Positions 31,928 through 45,016 of a stretch of 64,000 nucleotides of DNA are shown here, piece by piece (position 1 is the first letter of the stretch; the number at the start of each line of letters is the position of its first letter). The stretch is from Escherichia coli (GTDB taxonomy: Bacteria; Pseudomonadota; Gammaproteobacteria; Enterobacterales; Enterobacteriaceae), in assembly GCF_029227855.1 (NCBI RefSeq), contig NZ_CP074356.1; one strand, written 5' to 3'. The translations under genes were made by a program, and so were the position numbers. The notes beneath the pieces were generated by a model. The model made no database searches. It was not told where the DNA came from and saw only the letters and a list, made by a program, of their open reading frames with translations.

Positions 31928-33328
31928 TTATTTGAAGGGAATGTAACCCCATAATCTGTTGTGAAGTTCCGGATTGCGGGTAAAAAGCGCCTGAAGTTGC
32001 TGACGCTGGGGAGCATTCGGTTGAATGCCTGAAAGATTGAAATTGCGTTGCCATATTGCGAGCTGTTTATCTGCAAATTCTTCAGTTAGCTTGTGTTGCG
32101 ATTGCAGAAGAAGAATTAAACCGTCCCATTTGTTCAAGTTAGGATACAACCGACAATATGCGCAAGCATGTTTAACTGACGGTGCGTTTTCCAGCAACTG
32201 ACGTATTTCCTCGAACGTGAGCGGAACTCGACACCATACACAGATGTTAACCATAAATCGAAGCCCGGAGGCGTCCGGGTTAGCCAGTGTGGTCAGAATA
32301 ATCCCTTTGACACCACCATCAGGATTGGCTTTCGCAAGAATATACATAGCGGCTAATCGCAGTGGGAATACATCCTGTAATAATCCCCATTCTGCCAGTT
32401 TTAAAATATTGGCATCATGAATGGAGTCCAGCCCGTATAAAGCTGCCCGGCGCTGTGAGGGAGTATATTCAGTCGAGGTGACAACATGACGCCAGAATTG
32501 CGCAACATCCATGACGTCATTAAGCATGTTTTTAGCGCGTAGACGGATCAACATATTGTTATCCAGCAGTAATGCGCCGTACAACTCCGGAGGAATTTCT
32601 ATAGCTCGGTCAGTAAGGCTAAACAACGTTGCTTGTCGAATACGCGGCCAGCGGTCTTTTAACAGACGAGTTAATACCGCTTCGCTTAACGGTAATTGTT
32701 GACGCAGCCAGTGGGTGACCGCCAGCATTCGTAACCCTTCGTCGGGCTGCTTGAGTATTAAAAGCAGCGAAGATTCATCATTAAAGTAGCCATATTCAAT
32801 CAGCGTTTGTAATACTGCGCGGGAGAGTTTTTTATCAGGGCAAGTAAGCCAACACGTTAATTGTGGACGGCTATTTTCTGTCAATAAAAATCTAAGTATC
32901 TCGTCTACAAATGCACGGTGATCGTAACGCTGGCATTGGAGAAGGTTACGTATCATGGGAAGATTAACGGCAAATGCCGCTGCATTCTTACCCTTCTTTA
33001 AATGACGTAACGCTATGGTTGCAGCAAGGCGAACCTCTTTTACCCAGTCATTAGCTGCAAGTAATAATTCTTCTATAGCTGCAACATCCTCTTTTTGTCC
33101 CAGACATTGCACGGCCTTTTCTCGTATATATCCATTGTGGTGATAGGTAAGCTGGCAAAGAACCAGAGTATTGTTGAGATCACAATCATGCGCTATATAA
33201 TTGCCTGGATCGGCTATCATCGCCTGGAGTTGTTGCTGGATAAGAAATAATTCACAGTCAACAGAATTATTCATTTCGACGTTAAACAAAACCCTGCGTG
33301 TAAATAATGTACGCAATCCTTTGAGCAT
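31928..33328 (-). CDS. Hypothetical HEAT/ARM-like repeat protein, unknown function
   Basis: 466-aa ORF; alpha-helical repeats resembling PBS-lyase HEAT repeats (..REKAVQCLGQKEDVAAIEELLLAANDWVKEVRLAATIALRHL..); convergent with the 201-aa gene. Confidence 0.55.
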   Translation of the reverse strand: MLKGLRTLFTRRVLFNVEMNNSVDCELFLIQQQLQAMIADPGNYIAHDCDLNNTLVLCQLTYHHNGYIREKAVQCLGQKEDVAAIEELLLAANDWVKEVRLAATIALRHLKKGKNAAAFAVNLPMIRNLLQCQRYDHRAFVDEILRFLLTENSRPQLTCWLTCPDKKLSRAVLQTLIEYGYFNDESSLLLILKQPDEGLRMLAVTHWLRQQLPLSEAVLTRLLKDRWPRIRQATLFSLTDRAIEIPPELYGALLLDNNMLIRLRAKNMLNDVMDVAQFWRHVVTSTEYTPSQRRAALYGLDSIHDANILKLAEWGLLQDVFPLRLAAMYILAKANPDGGVKGIILTTLANPDASGLRFMVNICVWCRVPLTFEEIRQLLENAPSVKHACAYCRLYPNLNKWDGLILLLQSQHKLTEEFADKQLAIWQRNFNLSGIQPNAPQRQQLQALFTRNPELHNRLWGYIPFK

Positions 33329-33410
33329 AATTTTCCTTATCAGTTATGAGGAGAAAACTCATTTCATGATTAATAATTTCTTGAGGGATAGTAACTCTGT
33401 GATGAGAGAA

Positions 33411-33445
33411 AATAAAGCCGGACGCCAACAACACGCGCCCGGCAT
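33411..33445 (-). terminator. Probable rho-independent terminator of yegP
   Basis: Minus-strand hairpin gccgggcgc ... gcgtccggc followed by tttatttt. Confidence 0.4.
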
Positions 33446-33450
33446 CGTAA

Positions 33451-33783
33451 TTACGTATTGTCTTTTACCGTCTGGCTTGTGCCATTGGCTTTAACGGAGG
33501 CAATTCCGGTTTCACGAGATTGCGCGGTGGCGTACATTTGGCTGGAGCCGATAATTTGATGATTGGCGGCTTTCAGATTGAAATAGAATTTGCCGTTGCT
33601 TGCCGTTTTTTTCTCATAGCGTTCTTCTTGCGGGCTGTTGCTACGCACCGACGCGATACCCTTTTCCGCAGAGGCTTTTGAGGTATACAGCTCGCTGGTG
33701 AGGATAGTCTCACCATTGCCCGCTTTTAGCACAAACCGGAACTGATTATCACTGCTCTTACTGAGTTCAAACCAACCAGCCAT
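33451..33783 (-). CDS. yegP: UPF0339-family protein YegP (tandem DUF1508 repeats)
   Basis: ORF 33451..33822; start placed at MAGWFELSK (110 aa); two internal repeats (..FRFVLKAGNGETI.. / ..FYFNLKAANHQII..). Confidence 0.8.
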   Translation of the reverse strand: MAGWFELSKSSDNQFRFVLKAGNGETILTSELYTSKASAEKGIASVRSNSPQEERYEKKTASNGKFYFNLKAANHQIIGSSQMYATAQSRETGIASVKANGTSQTVKDNT

Positions 33784-33962
33784 AATGACTCCTTGATTGA
33801 AATTGCGTATCGAAAACAGCATCTAAAGGTACTGTTTGCCAATTAAAGTATGAGCGATTTTCTGGTGCCTGCCAGGGCGGAGAGATCATGTCAGTTTGCT
33901 GACCATGCGTGGGATAATGTTGCCGGATCTGGTCTGAAGGCCATCTCCGGCAGGTAAAAATG

Positions 33963-34685
33963 TTAAACGATGCGGCAGGCGTCGGCTTCCCAGCGGTAAC
34001 CGACGCCGTAAACGGCACGGATAAAGGACTGTTCGGCGTCGAGAGATTCCAGCTTGCGACGCAGGTTTTTAATGTGGCTGTCGATGGTGCGGTCGGTTAC
34101 TACGCGGTAGTCGTCATAAAGATGATTGAGCAATTGCTCGCGGGAGAACACTTTTCCTGGTTCATGAGAGAGCGTTTTCAGCAGACGAAATTCCGCAGGC
34201 GTCAGGTCAAGCATTTTTCCGCGCCATGAAGCCTGAAAACGACCTTCGTCGATAATCAACGGGCTTTCAGCATCCTGTTGCTGCAACTCACGCTGCGGTT
34301 TGCAACGGCGCAAAATGGTTTTGACGCGCGCTACCACTTCCCGTGGGCTGTACGGCTTGCAGATATAATCATCTGCGCCAATTTCCAGCCCCAGCAGGCG
34401 GTCGATCTCTTCGATTTTTGCTGTCACCATCACGATCGGAATGTCAGAAAAACGACGAATTTCCCGACACAGCGTCAGGCCATCGGTGCCAGGGAGCATC
34501 AGATCCAGCAGGATCAGATCCGGTGGTGTCTGGCGCACATACGGCAGTACCTGATCGCCGTGGCTAATCAACGTTGGCGCATAGCTCGCAGCACGCAGAT
34601 AATCAATGAGTAACTGCCCCAGCTTCGGTTCATCTTCCACGATCAAAATACGCGGTGTGTTTTCGTCGATTGGTAACTCGGTCAT
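33963..34685 (-). CDS. baeR: Envelope-stress response regulator BaeR (OmpR family)
   Basis: 240-aa ORF; receiver domain (..ILIVEDE.., ..[10 protein letters not shown]..) plus winged-helix output domain. Confidence 0.9.
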
Positions 34686-36085
34686 ACTTCTCTCTGTAAA
34701 TCCCGTTCCAGCGGTAACTCTACTGTAATGCTTACCCCGCCAAAAGGCGAATGGGCAGCAATAATGCGGCCATTATGGGCTTCAACAATGTTCAGGCAAA
34801 TCGCCAGCCCCAGCCCGGAACCGCCGCTGGCGCGGTTGCGGGAGCCTTCGGCGCGATAAAAACGTTCAAACAATTTTTGTAGCTGATCGTCACTGACGCC
34901 CGGCGCGCTGTCGGCAAAGGTCAGTCGCACCGTTTTGTCGTGCTGCTCGGCAGAGATTTTCAGGCTGCCGCCGCTGTCAGTGTAGCGCAGGCTGTTTTCA
35001 AGTAAGTTATTGAATAACTGCATTAAACGGTCGCGATCGCCAAATACGGTAATACTGTCTGGCAGGGAGAATTGCAGTTTCAGGCCACGGCTGGCAAATC
35101 GTTCGCGAAATGCGCCGCCCGCTACTTCCAGCAGTGGGATCAAATCTACCGGTGCTTTTTGATAGGCGAGAGCGCCTTCATCAGACATCGACAACTGATG
35201 GAGATCGTCAACCAGTTTGGTCAGTGTACCGACCTCCGCCTGTAAAGACGCCACCGTCTCCGGCGTGAATTTACGCACGCCATCCTGAATGGCTTCCAGT
35301 TCACCGCGCAGCACCGCTAATGGCGTACGCAGTTCGTGAGAAATATCGGCCATAAAATCGCGGCGCATTTGCTGGTTTTTCTCCAGCGTGCTGGCGAGCT
35401 GGTTGAAGTCCTGCGCCAGTTTGCCCAGTTCATCTTCACTGGTGGGCGTCACGCGGGTTGTGAAATCGCCCGCCGCCAGTTTGTGCGTGCCGTCCACCAG
35501 CCGTTTGACCGGGGCCAACAGACCACGCGCCAGCAGAAAGGTGGCGAGCGCCGCGAGTAACGTTGCCAGGGCGACAATCAGCCAGCTGGTTTGCCGCTGT
35601 TGTTTATCGAAATTGATATCAGTATTGCGGGTCAGTCGCTCAACAGGGGAGGCAATCACCGCACCCACTTCCGCACCGTTGACCAGAATGGGTCGCCGTG
35701 TACCGTCAGGTGGAATCGGCGCTCGCGGACCAACCAGCACCTTGTTGTTTTGATCAACCACCCAGAACTGAGTACGCCAGCCGTGCGGCGGCATACCCGG
35801 GCCGGGTTTATCTTCCGAATTATCGTGTTCAAATGAACGCAGGATCTGAAAGACAAAGCGATCGTTGTTGCGCAGGAAGCGCCAGTTACCATGCTGCGCA
35901 TACTGCTCGCCAAGCGCATCACTTAACAGCTGTAATCGCTGTTCATTGCCGTGTTTGATGTAATCAATAAAGCCACGCTCAAAACTGATACGCACCGCCC
36001 AGTGCATACTGATCAGCAAGACAATGCAGGTGGCGAAAATCGCCAGAAACAGTTTGCCGGTAATACCAGGTCGCCAGAACTTCAT
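34682..36085 (-). CDS. baeS: Sensor histidine kinase BaeS
   Basis: 467-aa ORF; HAMP domain, H-box ISHELRTPL and ATPase G-boxes; stop overlaps the baeR start. Confidence 0.9.
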
Positions 36086-37497
36086 TGCGCGCTCCTTTTT
36101 CGCCGCGAAATAGCTACATTTTGATGCGTATCGTTCGGCACTCTGGCAAAGATGAACGCCGGAAGGGCGATGATAAACGCCATGCTAAACCAGGTGTACA
36201 TAAAGACGGTTTGTGTGGTGCCGCTGTCGACGCTGACATGCTGCGAACCAAAAAGCCCCAGCAACAGCCCGGCGATGGTGACGCCGATACTCATCGACAA
36301 TTGCATAATCATCGACAGCAGGCTGTTTCCGCTGCTCGCCAGATTGTCCGGGAGATCTTTCAGCGTCAGGGTGTTCATGGAGGAGAAACGGGTCGAGTTG
36401 ACCATCCCTTGTAAAAACAGGACGAACGGCAAAACGTAGTACCAGCCCAGCAGAGCAGTGGTCATAAACAACAGGGTGACCAGCGACAGACCCAGCGTGG
36501 TCGCCACCAGTACCCGACGGTAGCCAAAGCGATTCACCACCTGTACCATAATTCGCTTCATTCCCATGCTGCCAAGCACCATCGGGATCATCATCAGTCC
36601 GGCATGAAACGGTGAGAAGCCAAGGCCAATTTGCAGGAAAACCGGTGTCATAAAGGGCAACATGCCACTGCCAATACGTCCGGCAAAGCTCCCCGCCAGG
36701 CCCAGCGAAAAGGTACGAGTGCGGAACAGTTTCAGACTGAACAGGGCGCGGTTGTTATTTCTGGCGTGCAGCAGATAAAGCACCAGTGCCACCACGCCAA
36801 CTGCGACCAGGCCAGCAATCGCCAGCGGCGATAAACCTGTACCTTTACTGCCGTCCAGTGCCAGGGTTAATACCGCCATGCCAACCGCCAGCAATAAAAA
36901 GCCGGAAAGATCAAAGCGCCGCGTCTGCATGGTGTAGTTCGGCATTAACATCAGTGTGGCGATCGCGCCAATAATCCCCACCGGAATGTTGATCAAAAAG
37001 ATCCAGTGCCACGACGCGTATTCCACCAGCAGACCGCCGAGCGCCGGACCGAGCAGCGGACCGACCTGACCGGGTAACGTGACAAAGGTCATCGCCGCCA
37101 TATATTGCTCGCGCGGTACGATTTTCATCACCGTCAACCTGCCGACCGGCACCATCATCGCGCCGCCAACGCCCTGTAACGCGCGTGCCAGCAACAGTTC
37201 GTTCAGCGTGCCGGAAAGCGCGCAAAACAGTGAACCGAGAGTAAACAGCACGATGGCGGTAAAGAAAATATTGCGCACGCCGACTTTGTCCGCCAGCCAG
37301 CCGCTGGCGGGCAGCATCACCGCCACGGTCAGTACATAAGAGACAATGACCATGTGCATATGCAACGGACTTTCCCCGAGGCTTTGCGCCATTGAGGGAA
37401 GCGCGGTGTTAACGATGGTGGTGTCCAGCGACTGCATAAAGAAGCCGAAAGCCACAATCCACAATTGCCAGCGGGTGCTGTCGGGAAGATCTGTCAT
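36082..37497 (-). CDS. mdtD: MFS efflux transporter MdtD (IceT)
   Basis: 471-aa 14-TMS-like MFS protein; coupled to baeS. Confidence 0.9.
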   Translation of the reverse strand: MTDLPDSTRWQLWIVAFGFFMQSLDTTIVNTALPSMAQSLGESPLHMHMVIVSYVLTVAVMLPASGWLADKVGVRNIFFTAIVLFTLGSLFCALSGTLNELLLARALQGVGGAMMVPVGRLTVMKIVPREQYMAAMTFVTLPGQVGPLLGPALGGLLVEYASWHWIFLINIPVGIIGAIATLMLMPNYTMQTRRFDLSGFLLLAVGMAVLTLALDGSKGTGLSPLAIAGLVAVGVVALVLYLLHARNNNRALFSLKLFRTRTFSLGLAGSFAGRIGSGMLPFMTPVFLQIGLGFSPFHAGLMMIPMVLGSMGMKRIMVQVVNRFGYRRVLVATTLGLSLVTLLFMTTALLGWYYVLPFVLFLQGMVNSTRFSSMNTLTLKDLPDNLASSGNSLLSMIMQLSMSIGVTIAGLLLGLFGSQHVSVDSGTTQTVFMYTWFSMAFIIALPAFIFARVPNDTHQNVAISRRKRSAQ

Positions 37498-40400
37498 TTA
37501 CTCGGTTACCGTTTGTTTAGGTTTACGCGAAAAACGCAGCCGCAGACGGTCGAAAAAGAGATACACCACCGGCGTGGTATACAGCGTCAGAAGCTGGCTC
37601 ATTACCAGACCGCCGACAATGGTGATCCCCAGGGGTTGGCGCAGCTCCGAGCCGTCACCGCCCGACAATACCAGCGGCAGCGCGCCAAACAGCGCCGCCA
37701 GGGTAGTCATCATAATCGGGCGAAAACGCAGCAGACAGGCCTGGAAAATAGCTTCCTGCGGCGTCAGGTTACCGTGCCGTTGGGCTTCAAGCGCAAAATC
37801 GACCATCATAATGGCGTTTTTCTTCACGATGCCGATTAATAGCATGATCCCTATCAGGGCGATTAGGCTGAACGGGGCATTGAACAGCTCCAGCGCCAAC
37901 AGCGCTCCAACGCCCGCCGAGGGCAGGGTGGAGAGAATCGTCAGCGGATGTACGTAACTCTCGTAAAGGATACCCAGCACGATATACACCGTGGCGATGG
38001 CGGCGATAATCAGGATCACCTGCGAGTTCATCGTCTCCTGGAACACCTGCGCCGTGCCGGCAAAACTACCGCGCACCGTCGAAGGCACACCAAGCTGGGT
38101 CATTGCGCGATCGATCGCCGCACTGGCGTCCGAGAGCGATTTCCCGGTCGGCAGGTTAAACGAAATGGTCGAGGCCGCCGATAATCCCTGATGATTCACC
38201 GACAGCGGAGCATTCGCCGGTTGCCATTTAGCGAAATACGACAGCGGGATCGCTTTTCCTTCGTTATTGATAACGAACATTTTTTCCAGCGCGCTGATGT
38301 CCTGGGTATAGCGCGGATCCACTTCCATCACCACTTTGTACTGGTTCATCGGCTGGTAAATGGTCGAGATTTGCCGCTGACCGAAGGCGTTATTTAACAG
38401 GCTGTTGGCGGCCTGCACGTCGATTCCCAGCCGCGCCATGGTGTCGCGGTCGTAAACCAGATTCATCTCCGCGCCGTTATCCTGCTGATCGGAGTTCACG
38501 TCCGCCAGTTCCGGCAACGTTGCCAGTTTTTTGCGGATTTTCGGCTCCCATTCGCGCAGTGCCGCCAGGTCGTCGGATAACAACGTGTACTGGTAACTGG
38601 CGTTCGACTGACGTCCGCCAACGCGAATATCCTGTACCGCCATCAGGAACAGATTCGCCCCCGGTTCTTTCGCCAGTTTTACGCGCAGACGGTCGATAAT
38701 TTGCTGCGCCGTTTCGCTGCGTTCGTCGCGTGGCTTGAGGGTGATAAACATCATCCCACTGTTCACCCGCGAACCGCCGGTAAAGCCGGTGACATTATCC
38801 ACCGCCGGATCGTCACGGATAATTTTCATAAAATCCTGCAACTTACCGCGCATCGCCTGAAACGAAATACTCTGATCCGCCTGTATCCCGCCCATCAACA
38901 CGCCGGTGTCCTGCTCCGGGAAGAAGGTTTTCGGGATCGAGATATATAGCCAGATATTCAGCGCAATGGTGCCAAGCAGCACCACGCCCACCAGACGGGT
39001 ATGATTGAGCACCCATTTCAGCGACTTGCCATAGCCTTGTTGCAGGGCTACCAACATGCGACCAAAACCACGCAGTCGCTTTTGCTCGCGCGGCTTGCTG
39101 GCTTTTAGCATCCAGCCGCACATCATCGGCGTTAGCGTCAGGGAAACCAGCAACGAAATACCAATGGCGACAGAAAGCGTCACGGCAAACTCGCGTAACA
39201 GTCTGCCCGGCAATCCGCCCATCAACAGCAGCGGCAGAAACACCGCCACCAGTGACAGACTCATCGACAGCACCGTAAAACCGACTTCGCGAGTACCTTG
39301 CAGTGCGGCCTGTAGTGGTTTTATCCCCGCTTCCAGGTGACGGGCAATGTTTTCCAGCACCACGATGGCGTCATCCACCACGAAACCAGTAGCAATAGTG
39401 AGCGCCATTAACGACAGGTTATTGAGACTGAATCCGCACAGGTACATCGCCGCAAACGTACCAATCAGCGAAACCGGCACCGCAACGGCGGGAATAATAG
39501 TGGCGCGACCCGAGCGCAGGAATAAAAACACCACCAGAATCACCAGCGCCACCGAGATAATCAGCGTTTGCTCGACTTCTTCCAGCGAGGCGCGAATGGT
39601 GGGGGAGCGATCCTGGGCAATTTGCAGATCAATCGCCGCCGGAATGGTCTCCTGCAACTCCGGTAATTTTGCCCGGATGCTGTCAACCGTCTGGATTATA
39701 TTGGCTTCCGGCAGCTTGCGGATCATCAGCAAAATAGCCGGTTTGGCGTTGGTCATCCCGGCGTTACGTACATCTTGTACAGAGTCGGTCACCGTCGCCA
39801 CATCGCCCAGACGAACCGCGCCGCCGTTGTTGTAATGAATAATCAACGGCTGATATTCAGCGGCGGTTTTCAGTTCATCGTTAGTCTGGATCTGCCAGCG
39901 GTGAGTATCATCTTCCAGCGCCCCCTGCGGTTTACGCACGTTGGCATTGCTGATGGCGGTGCGCACATCGTCCAGCGACACGCCCTGATTAAACAGCGCC
40001 TGCGGATTCAGCCCGACGCGTACGGCGGGCAGCGAGCTGCCGCCAACATCGACATCACCGACACCGTCGATTTGCGAAATCGTCGGAGCCAACTGCGTCG
40101 AGGCGAAATCGTACAGTTCACCCTGCGAATAAGTATCGGACGTCAGCGTCAGGATCATTATTGGCGCATCCGACGGGTTCGCTTTGCGATAGGTCGGACG
40201 GCTGGGCATCCCGCTAGGCAGCAAACTTTGTGCGGCGTTGATCGCCGCTTGCACATCGCGCGCTGCGCCGTTGATATCGCGGTCAAAATCAAACTGCAAA
40301 ATAATGCGCGTGCTGCCGAGCGAACTGCTGGAGGTCATTTCACTGACCCCGGCAATGCGCCCAAGCGAACGTTCCAGCGGCGTGGCAACGGAAGACGCCA

Positions 40401-40575
40401 TTGTTTCTGGTGACGCACCGGGCAGCGAGGCGCTGACCATAATCACCGGAAAATCGACCTGCGGCAGTGGGGCGACCGGCAGCATACGGAAGCCCAGTAT
40501 GCCGCACAGGGTAATGGCGACCGACAGTAAAATCGTCGCCACCGGGCGGTAAATGAAGAGGGCAAAAAACTTCAC
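37498..40575 (-). CDS. mdtC: RND multidrug efflux permease MdtC
   Basis: 1025-aa AcrB-family ORF. Confidence 0.95.
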   Translation of the reverse strand: MKFFALFIYRPVATILLSVAITLCGILGFRMLPVAPLPQVDFPVIMVSASLPGASPETMASSVATPLERSLGRIAGVSEMTSSSSLGSTRIILQFDFDRDINGAARDVQAAINAAQSLLPSGMPSRPTYRKANPSDAPIMILTLTSDTYSQGELYDFASTQLAPTISQIDGVGDVDVGGSSLPAVRVGLNPQALFNQGVSLDDVRTAISNANVRKPQGALEDDTHRWQIQTNDELKTAAEYQPLIIHYNNGGAVRLGDVATVTDSVQDVRNAGMTNAKPAILLMIRKLPEANIIQTVDSIRAKLPELQETIPAAIDLQIAQDRSPTIRASLEEVEQTLIISVALVILVVFLFLRSGRATIIPAVAVPVSLIGTFAAMYLCGFSLNNLSLMALTIATGFVVDDAIVVLENIARHLEAGIKPLQAALQGTREVGFTVLSMSLSLVAVFLPLLLMGGLPGRLLREFAVTLSVAIGISLLVSLTLTPMMCGWMLKASKPREQKRLRGFGRMLVALQQGYGKSLKWVLNHTRLVGVVLLGTIALNIWLYISIPKTFFPEQDTGVLMGGIQADQSISFQAMRGKLQDFMKIIRDDPAVDNVTGFTGGSRVNSGMMFITLKPRDERSETAQQIIDRLRVKLAKEPGANLFLMAVQDIRVGGRQSNASYQYTLLSDDLAALREWEPKIRKKLATLPELADVNSDQQDNGAEMNLVYDRDTMARLGIDVQAANSLLNNAFGQRQISTIYQPMNQYKVVMEVDPRYTQDISALEKMFVINNEGKAIPLSYFAKWQPANAPLSVNHQGLSAASTISFNLPTGKSLSDASAAIDRAMTQLGVPSTVRGSFAGTAQVFQETMNSQVILIIAAIATVYIVLGILYESYVHPLTILSTLPSAGVGALLALELFNAPFSLIALIGIMLLIGIVKKNAIMMVDFALEAQRHGNLTPQEAIFQACLLRFRPIMMTTLAALFGALPLVLSGGDGSELRQPLGITIVGGLVMSQLLTLYTTPVVYLFFDRLRLRFSRKPKQTVTE

Positions 40576-43500
40576 TTACGCCTCCTCTTCATGGCGAGCA
40601 AAGCGACTTTTGGTCCACAATGCCAGGCGGTCGAACAGCAGATAAATCACCGGCGTGGTGAACAGCGTCAGCACCTGGCTGACAATCAGACCGCCGACCA
40701 TGCCGATACCTAACGGACGACGCAGTTCCGCGCCGACCCCGGTACTCAACATCAGCGGCAGCGCGCCAAGCAGAGCCGCCAGAGTGGTCATCAGGATCGG
40801 ACGAAAACGTAACAGACAAGCCTGGTAGATTGCCTCGCGCGGCGACATGCCTTGCTCGCGCTCAGCAGCCAGCGCGAAGTCGATCATCATGATGGCGTTC
40901 TTCTTCACGATACCGATCAGCAAAATAATGCCGATAATCGCAATCACATCCAGCTCGCTACCGGCAATCAGTAACGCCAGCAGTGCGCCGACCCCTGCGG
41001 TGGGTAGCGTCGAGAGAATGGTGATCGGGTGAATAAAGCTCTCGTACAGAATGCCGAGCACGATATACATCGCCACCACCGCCGCGACAATCAGCCAGAC
41101 AGTGCTGCCCAACGCCGACTGGAAGGCGAGGGTGCTGCCCTGGAACTGCGTGGTGATATCCACCGGCAGATTCAGCGTCTTTTCGGTGTCCATAATCGCC
41201 TGCACCGCATCGCCCAGCGAATAGTTATCCGGCACGTTAAAGGAGATGGTCGTTACCGGGAACTGATCCAGATGGTTGATGGAAAGCGGCGCAAAACGCT
41301 GCTCAATTTTGGCAATTGAGCTTAACGGCACCACTCCACCGTCGCTGCTGGTCAGGCGAATGGTATCCAGCGCCGCGAGGCCTGGGGTATTTTCGGTGTT
41401 GTGTTCCAGCACCACGCGATACTGGTTAGCCTGAGTATAAATAGTGGAAATCAGCCGCTGACCAAACGCGTTGTACAGGGCGTTATCGACATCCGCCATG
41501 CTGATCCCCAGACGGCTGGCGCTGTCGCGATCAACATTGACATACGCCACCAGCCCTTTGTCCTGCCAGTCGCTGGAGACATCAGATAGCTGTGGCAGCT
41601 GCTGGAGTTTTTCCATCAACTGTGGCACCCAGGTACTGAGCGCATCCAGTGACGTGGCCTGCAAGGTAAACTGGTACTGGGTGCGGCTGACCTGAGTATC
41701 GATGGTCAGGTCCTGCGTTGGTTGCAGGAAGAGATCGACGCCCGGCACTTTATCCACCGCCGTTTGCAGACGGGCGATGACTTTTTGCACCCGATCATCA
41801 CGTTCATCCAGCGGTTTGAGGTTGATCTGCAAACGCGCACTGTTCAGCGACGGGTTAGTGCCATCAACGCCAACAAATGAGGTCAGACTTTGCACTGCCG
41901 GATCCTGCAAAATCACGTCCGCGACCTGGCGTTGCCGCTGGGCCATATTGGCAAAGGAGCTGGATTGCGGTGCCTGCAAAGTGCCCTGAATAATGCCGTT
42001 ATCCTGTACCGGGAAGAAACCTTTCGGAATGAACACCCACAACAGCACGCTAAGCAGCAGCGTGCTGAGTGCCACGCTTAAGGTCAGCCACGGATGATTC
42101 AGCACTTTCGCCAGTCCACGACCATAGGCGGCGATTATCCTGTCGAACATTTTCTCCGAGGCTCGGGAGAAGCGATTCTGTTTACGCAGCGACTCCTGGC
42201 TGAGCATCCGCGCGCACATCATCGGCGTCAGAGTCAGCGACACCACGGCTGAGATCAAAATTGCTACCGCCAGGGTAATGGCAAACTCGCGGAACAGTCG
42301 CCCGACGATATCGCCCATAAACAGTAGCGGGATCAGCACTGCAATCAGCGAGAAGGTCAGCGAGATAATGGTAAAACCGATTTCACCTGCGCCTTTGAGC
42401 GCCGCCGCCAGCGGTTTTTCGCCTTTTTCGATATAGCGCGAAATGTTCTCGATCACCACGATGGCGTCATCGACCACGAATCCGGTGGCGATAGTTAACG
42501 CCATCAGCGTCAGGTTATTGATCGAAAAATCGAGAAACACCATGACTGCGAAGGTGCCGATTAACGACAGCGGCACTGCGACGCCAGGAATAATGGTCGC
42601 CGGAATATTGCGCAAAAACAGGTAGATAATCATGACTACCAGCGCGATAGCCATCATCAGTTCAAACTGGGTATCGTCGACCGATGCGCGGATGTTGGTG
42701 GTGCGGTCAGAAAGCACCGTCACTTTTACCGATTTCGGCAAACTCTCGGTGAGTTGTGGCAGCATCTGCCGGATGCTGTCGGCGGTGGAGATAATGTTAG
42801 CACCGGGCTGGCGCTGAACATTCATCACAATGGCCTGTTCTTTGTTCGCCCACGCGCCGAGCCAGCTGTTTTCTGCTCCTTGCTCTACGGTTGCGACATC
42901 GCCCAGACGAATCGGCGCGCCGTTCTGGTAGGCGATGATCAGCTGGCGATACTCTTCGGCGGATTGCATCTGGTCGTTCGCGGAAAGTGTGACCGCACGG
43001 GAAGGGCCGTCGAGGCTACCTTTTGCCGAGTTAACGTTAGCGCCGGTAATAGCGGTGCGCACGGTTTCGCTGGTCAGGCCGAGGGCGGCAATCGCCTGGG
43101 CGTTAAGTTTGACGCGAACAGCCGGACGCTGGCCGCCGGAAAGCGTCACCAGGCCGACGCCGGAAATCTGCGAGATTTTTTGCGCGACGCGGGTTTCCAC
43201 CATATCTTCCACTTGCGTCATCGGCATGGCGGTTGAGGTGACAGCGAGCGTCATGATTGGCGGATCTGCCGGGTTCACTTTGCTGTAAACCGGCGGGTTA
43301 GGCAGATCGCTCGGTAGCAGGTTGGTCGCAGCGTTAATCGCGGCCTGCACTTCCTGCTCGGCGACATCCAGCGGTAATGTTAGCTGGAACTGCAAAGTGA
43401 TAACTGACGCACCGCCGGAACTTTGCGACGACATCTGTTTCAGGCCGGACATCTGCCCGAACTGGCGTTCGAGCGGCGCGGTAACGGCAGAGGTCATGAC

Positions 43501-43698
43501 ATCCGGGCTGGCACCTGGGTAGAGGGTGACCACCTGAATGGTTGGATAGTCCACTTCCGGCAGCGCCGAAACGGGCAGGGCACGATAACCGATAATCCCG
43601 GCGAGTAAGATCGCCACCATCAGCAGCGTGGTGGCGACAGGACGCATAATAAACAGGCGCGATGGGCCGCCTGTGCTGCTCGGGGGTAACACCTGCAT
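40576..43698 (-). CDS. mdtB: RND multidrug efflux permease MdtB
   Basis: 1040-aa AcrB-family ORF immediately upstream of mdtC. Confidence 0.95.
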
Positions 43699-44945
43699 CA
43701 GGAGCGTGCTCCTTTTTTCGCGTATTCGCGGCTGGTGGCTTTCTCTTCCGGAGTGGTGGCGCTCTGGGCTTCCACTACTTCCACTTTCGCCCCTTCGGTC
43801 AGGCGATCAATGCCGTCTGTCACTACGCGGTCGCCCGCAGAAATACCTGCGCGGATCACCACTTTCTGACTGTCCTGAATGCCCGGCGTCACCAGATGTT
43901 TGCTGACCTTGTTTTCGCTATTCAGCACCCAGACAAAATGGCCTTCATTGCCCATTTGCAGGGCGGCGGTGGGGATCACCACGGCGTTTTGTTCGGTGTC
44001 GACTAACATACGCGCGTTAACAAACTGATTGGGAAACAGTGCATCATCCTGATTATTAAAGCGTGCTTTCACTTTAATCGTACCGGTAGTGGCATCGATT
44101 TGGTTATCGAGGCTTAACAGCGTGCCTTCACTTAATTTCTTCGAGTTGGTGCGATCCCAGGCTTCAACAACCAGCGGTTTTCCGGCTTTTTGCGCCTGTA
44201 CTACGGTAGCGATATCGCTTTCCGGCAGGGTAAAGACTAAATCGATAGGGTGCGTCTGGGTGATCACCACAATCCCGGTGGTATCACCACTGGAGATTTG
44301 GTTACCAACATCAACCTGCTTGAGACCAACGCGACCATCGACTGGTGCGGTGATGCGGCTCCAGTCGAGTTGCAGCTGCGCGCTGGCGACGCTTGCTTCA
44401 TCAGCCTTAATGGTGCCTTCGGTTTCACTGACCAGCGCCTGTTGGGCATCCAGCTCCTGACGAGATACGAGATTGGTTTTTACCAGTTGTTGATAACGCG
44501 CCAGGTCACGGCGGGCGTTGGCAAGCGTGGCTTTATCTTTTGCCAGTTGGCCCTGGGCTTGTGCTAATGCAACTTTGAACTGGCTTGGGTCAATTTCTGC
44601 CAGTAAATCGCCTGCTTTGACCTGCTGGCCTTCCTGGAAATGTAACGCTATCAGTTGGCCGTCCACGCGGCTGCGCACCGTAACGGTATTAGCGGCGGTA
44701 ATGGTGCCAAGCCCGGTGAGGTAACGCGGAACTGCCTGTTCTACGGCGGTCGCCGCCTGAACCGGGGCTAATGGGCCGGAACGCATACCACGGCGACCAC
44801 CCGCTGGCGATTGCTGCGCTTGTTTCGTCGCCCCTGGGGCTGCACTCCGGGAGTCATTGCGGCCTTGCCAGAACCAGAATGCGGCGATGGCGGCGATAAC
44901 CACCACGATTACGATTACCCAACGGGATTTATAACTGCCTTTCAT
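43698..44945 (-). CDS. mdtA: RND efflux membrane fusion protein MdtA
   Basis: ORF 43698..45092; start placed at [16 protein letters not shown] (415 aa). Confidence 0.9.
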   Translation of the reverse strand: MKGSYKSRWVIVIVVVIAAIAAFWFWQGRNDSRSAAPGATKQAQQSPAGGRRGMRSGPLAPVQAATAVEQAVPRYLTGLGTITAANTVTVRSRVDGQLIALHFQEGQQVKAGDLLAEIDPSQFKVALAQAQGQLAKDKATLANARRDLARYQQLVKTNLVSRQELDAQQALVSETEGTIKADEASVASAQLQLDWSRITAPVDGRVGLKQVDVGNQISSGDTTGIVVITQTHPIDLVFTLPESDIATVVQAQKAGKPLVVEAWDRTNSKKLSEGTLLSLDNQIDATTGTIKVKARFNNQDDALFPNQFVNARMLVDTEQNAVVIPTAALQMGNEGHFVWVLNSENKVSKHLVTPGIQDSQKVVIRAGISAGDRVVTDGIDRLTEGAKVEVVEAQSATTPEEKATSREYAKKGARS

Positions 44946-44998
44946 CGTTAAGAGTTTCTCTTCCTGAAACGTTTCGCGGAATGATACTAGTGTAGCCA

Positions 44999-45016
44999 GC
45001 CAATAAGGGAGAAAAA
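44999..45016 (-). promoter_or_regulatory. Putative BaeR binding box upstream of mdtA
   Basis: Minus strand reads tttttctcccttattggc, close to the BaeR box consensus as recalled (TTTTTCTCCATDATTGGC). Confidence 0.5.

Noticed and set aside
37346-43288. Many 60-210 aa plus-strand ORFs antisense to mdtB and mdtC (for example 39775..40413, 39347..39835, 42754..43236)
   Set aside because: All are embedded in the mdtBC RND permease genes on the other strand, with low-complexity Arg/Ala/Ser-rich translations; treated as spurious.
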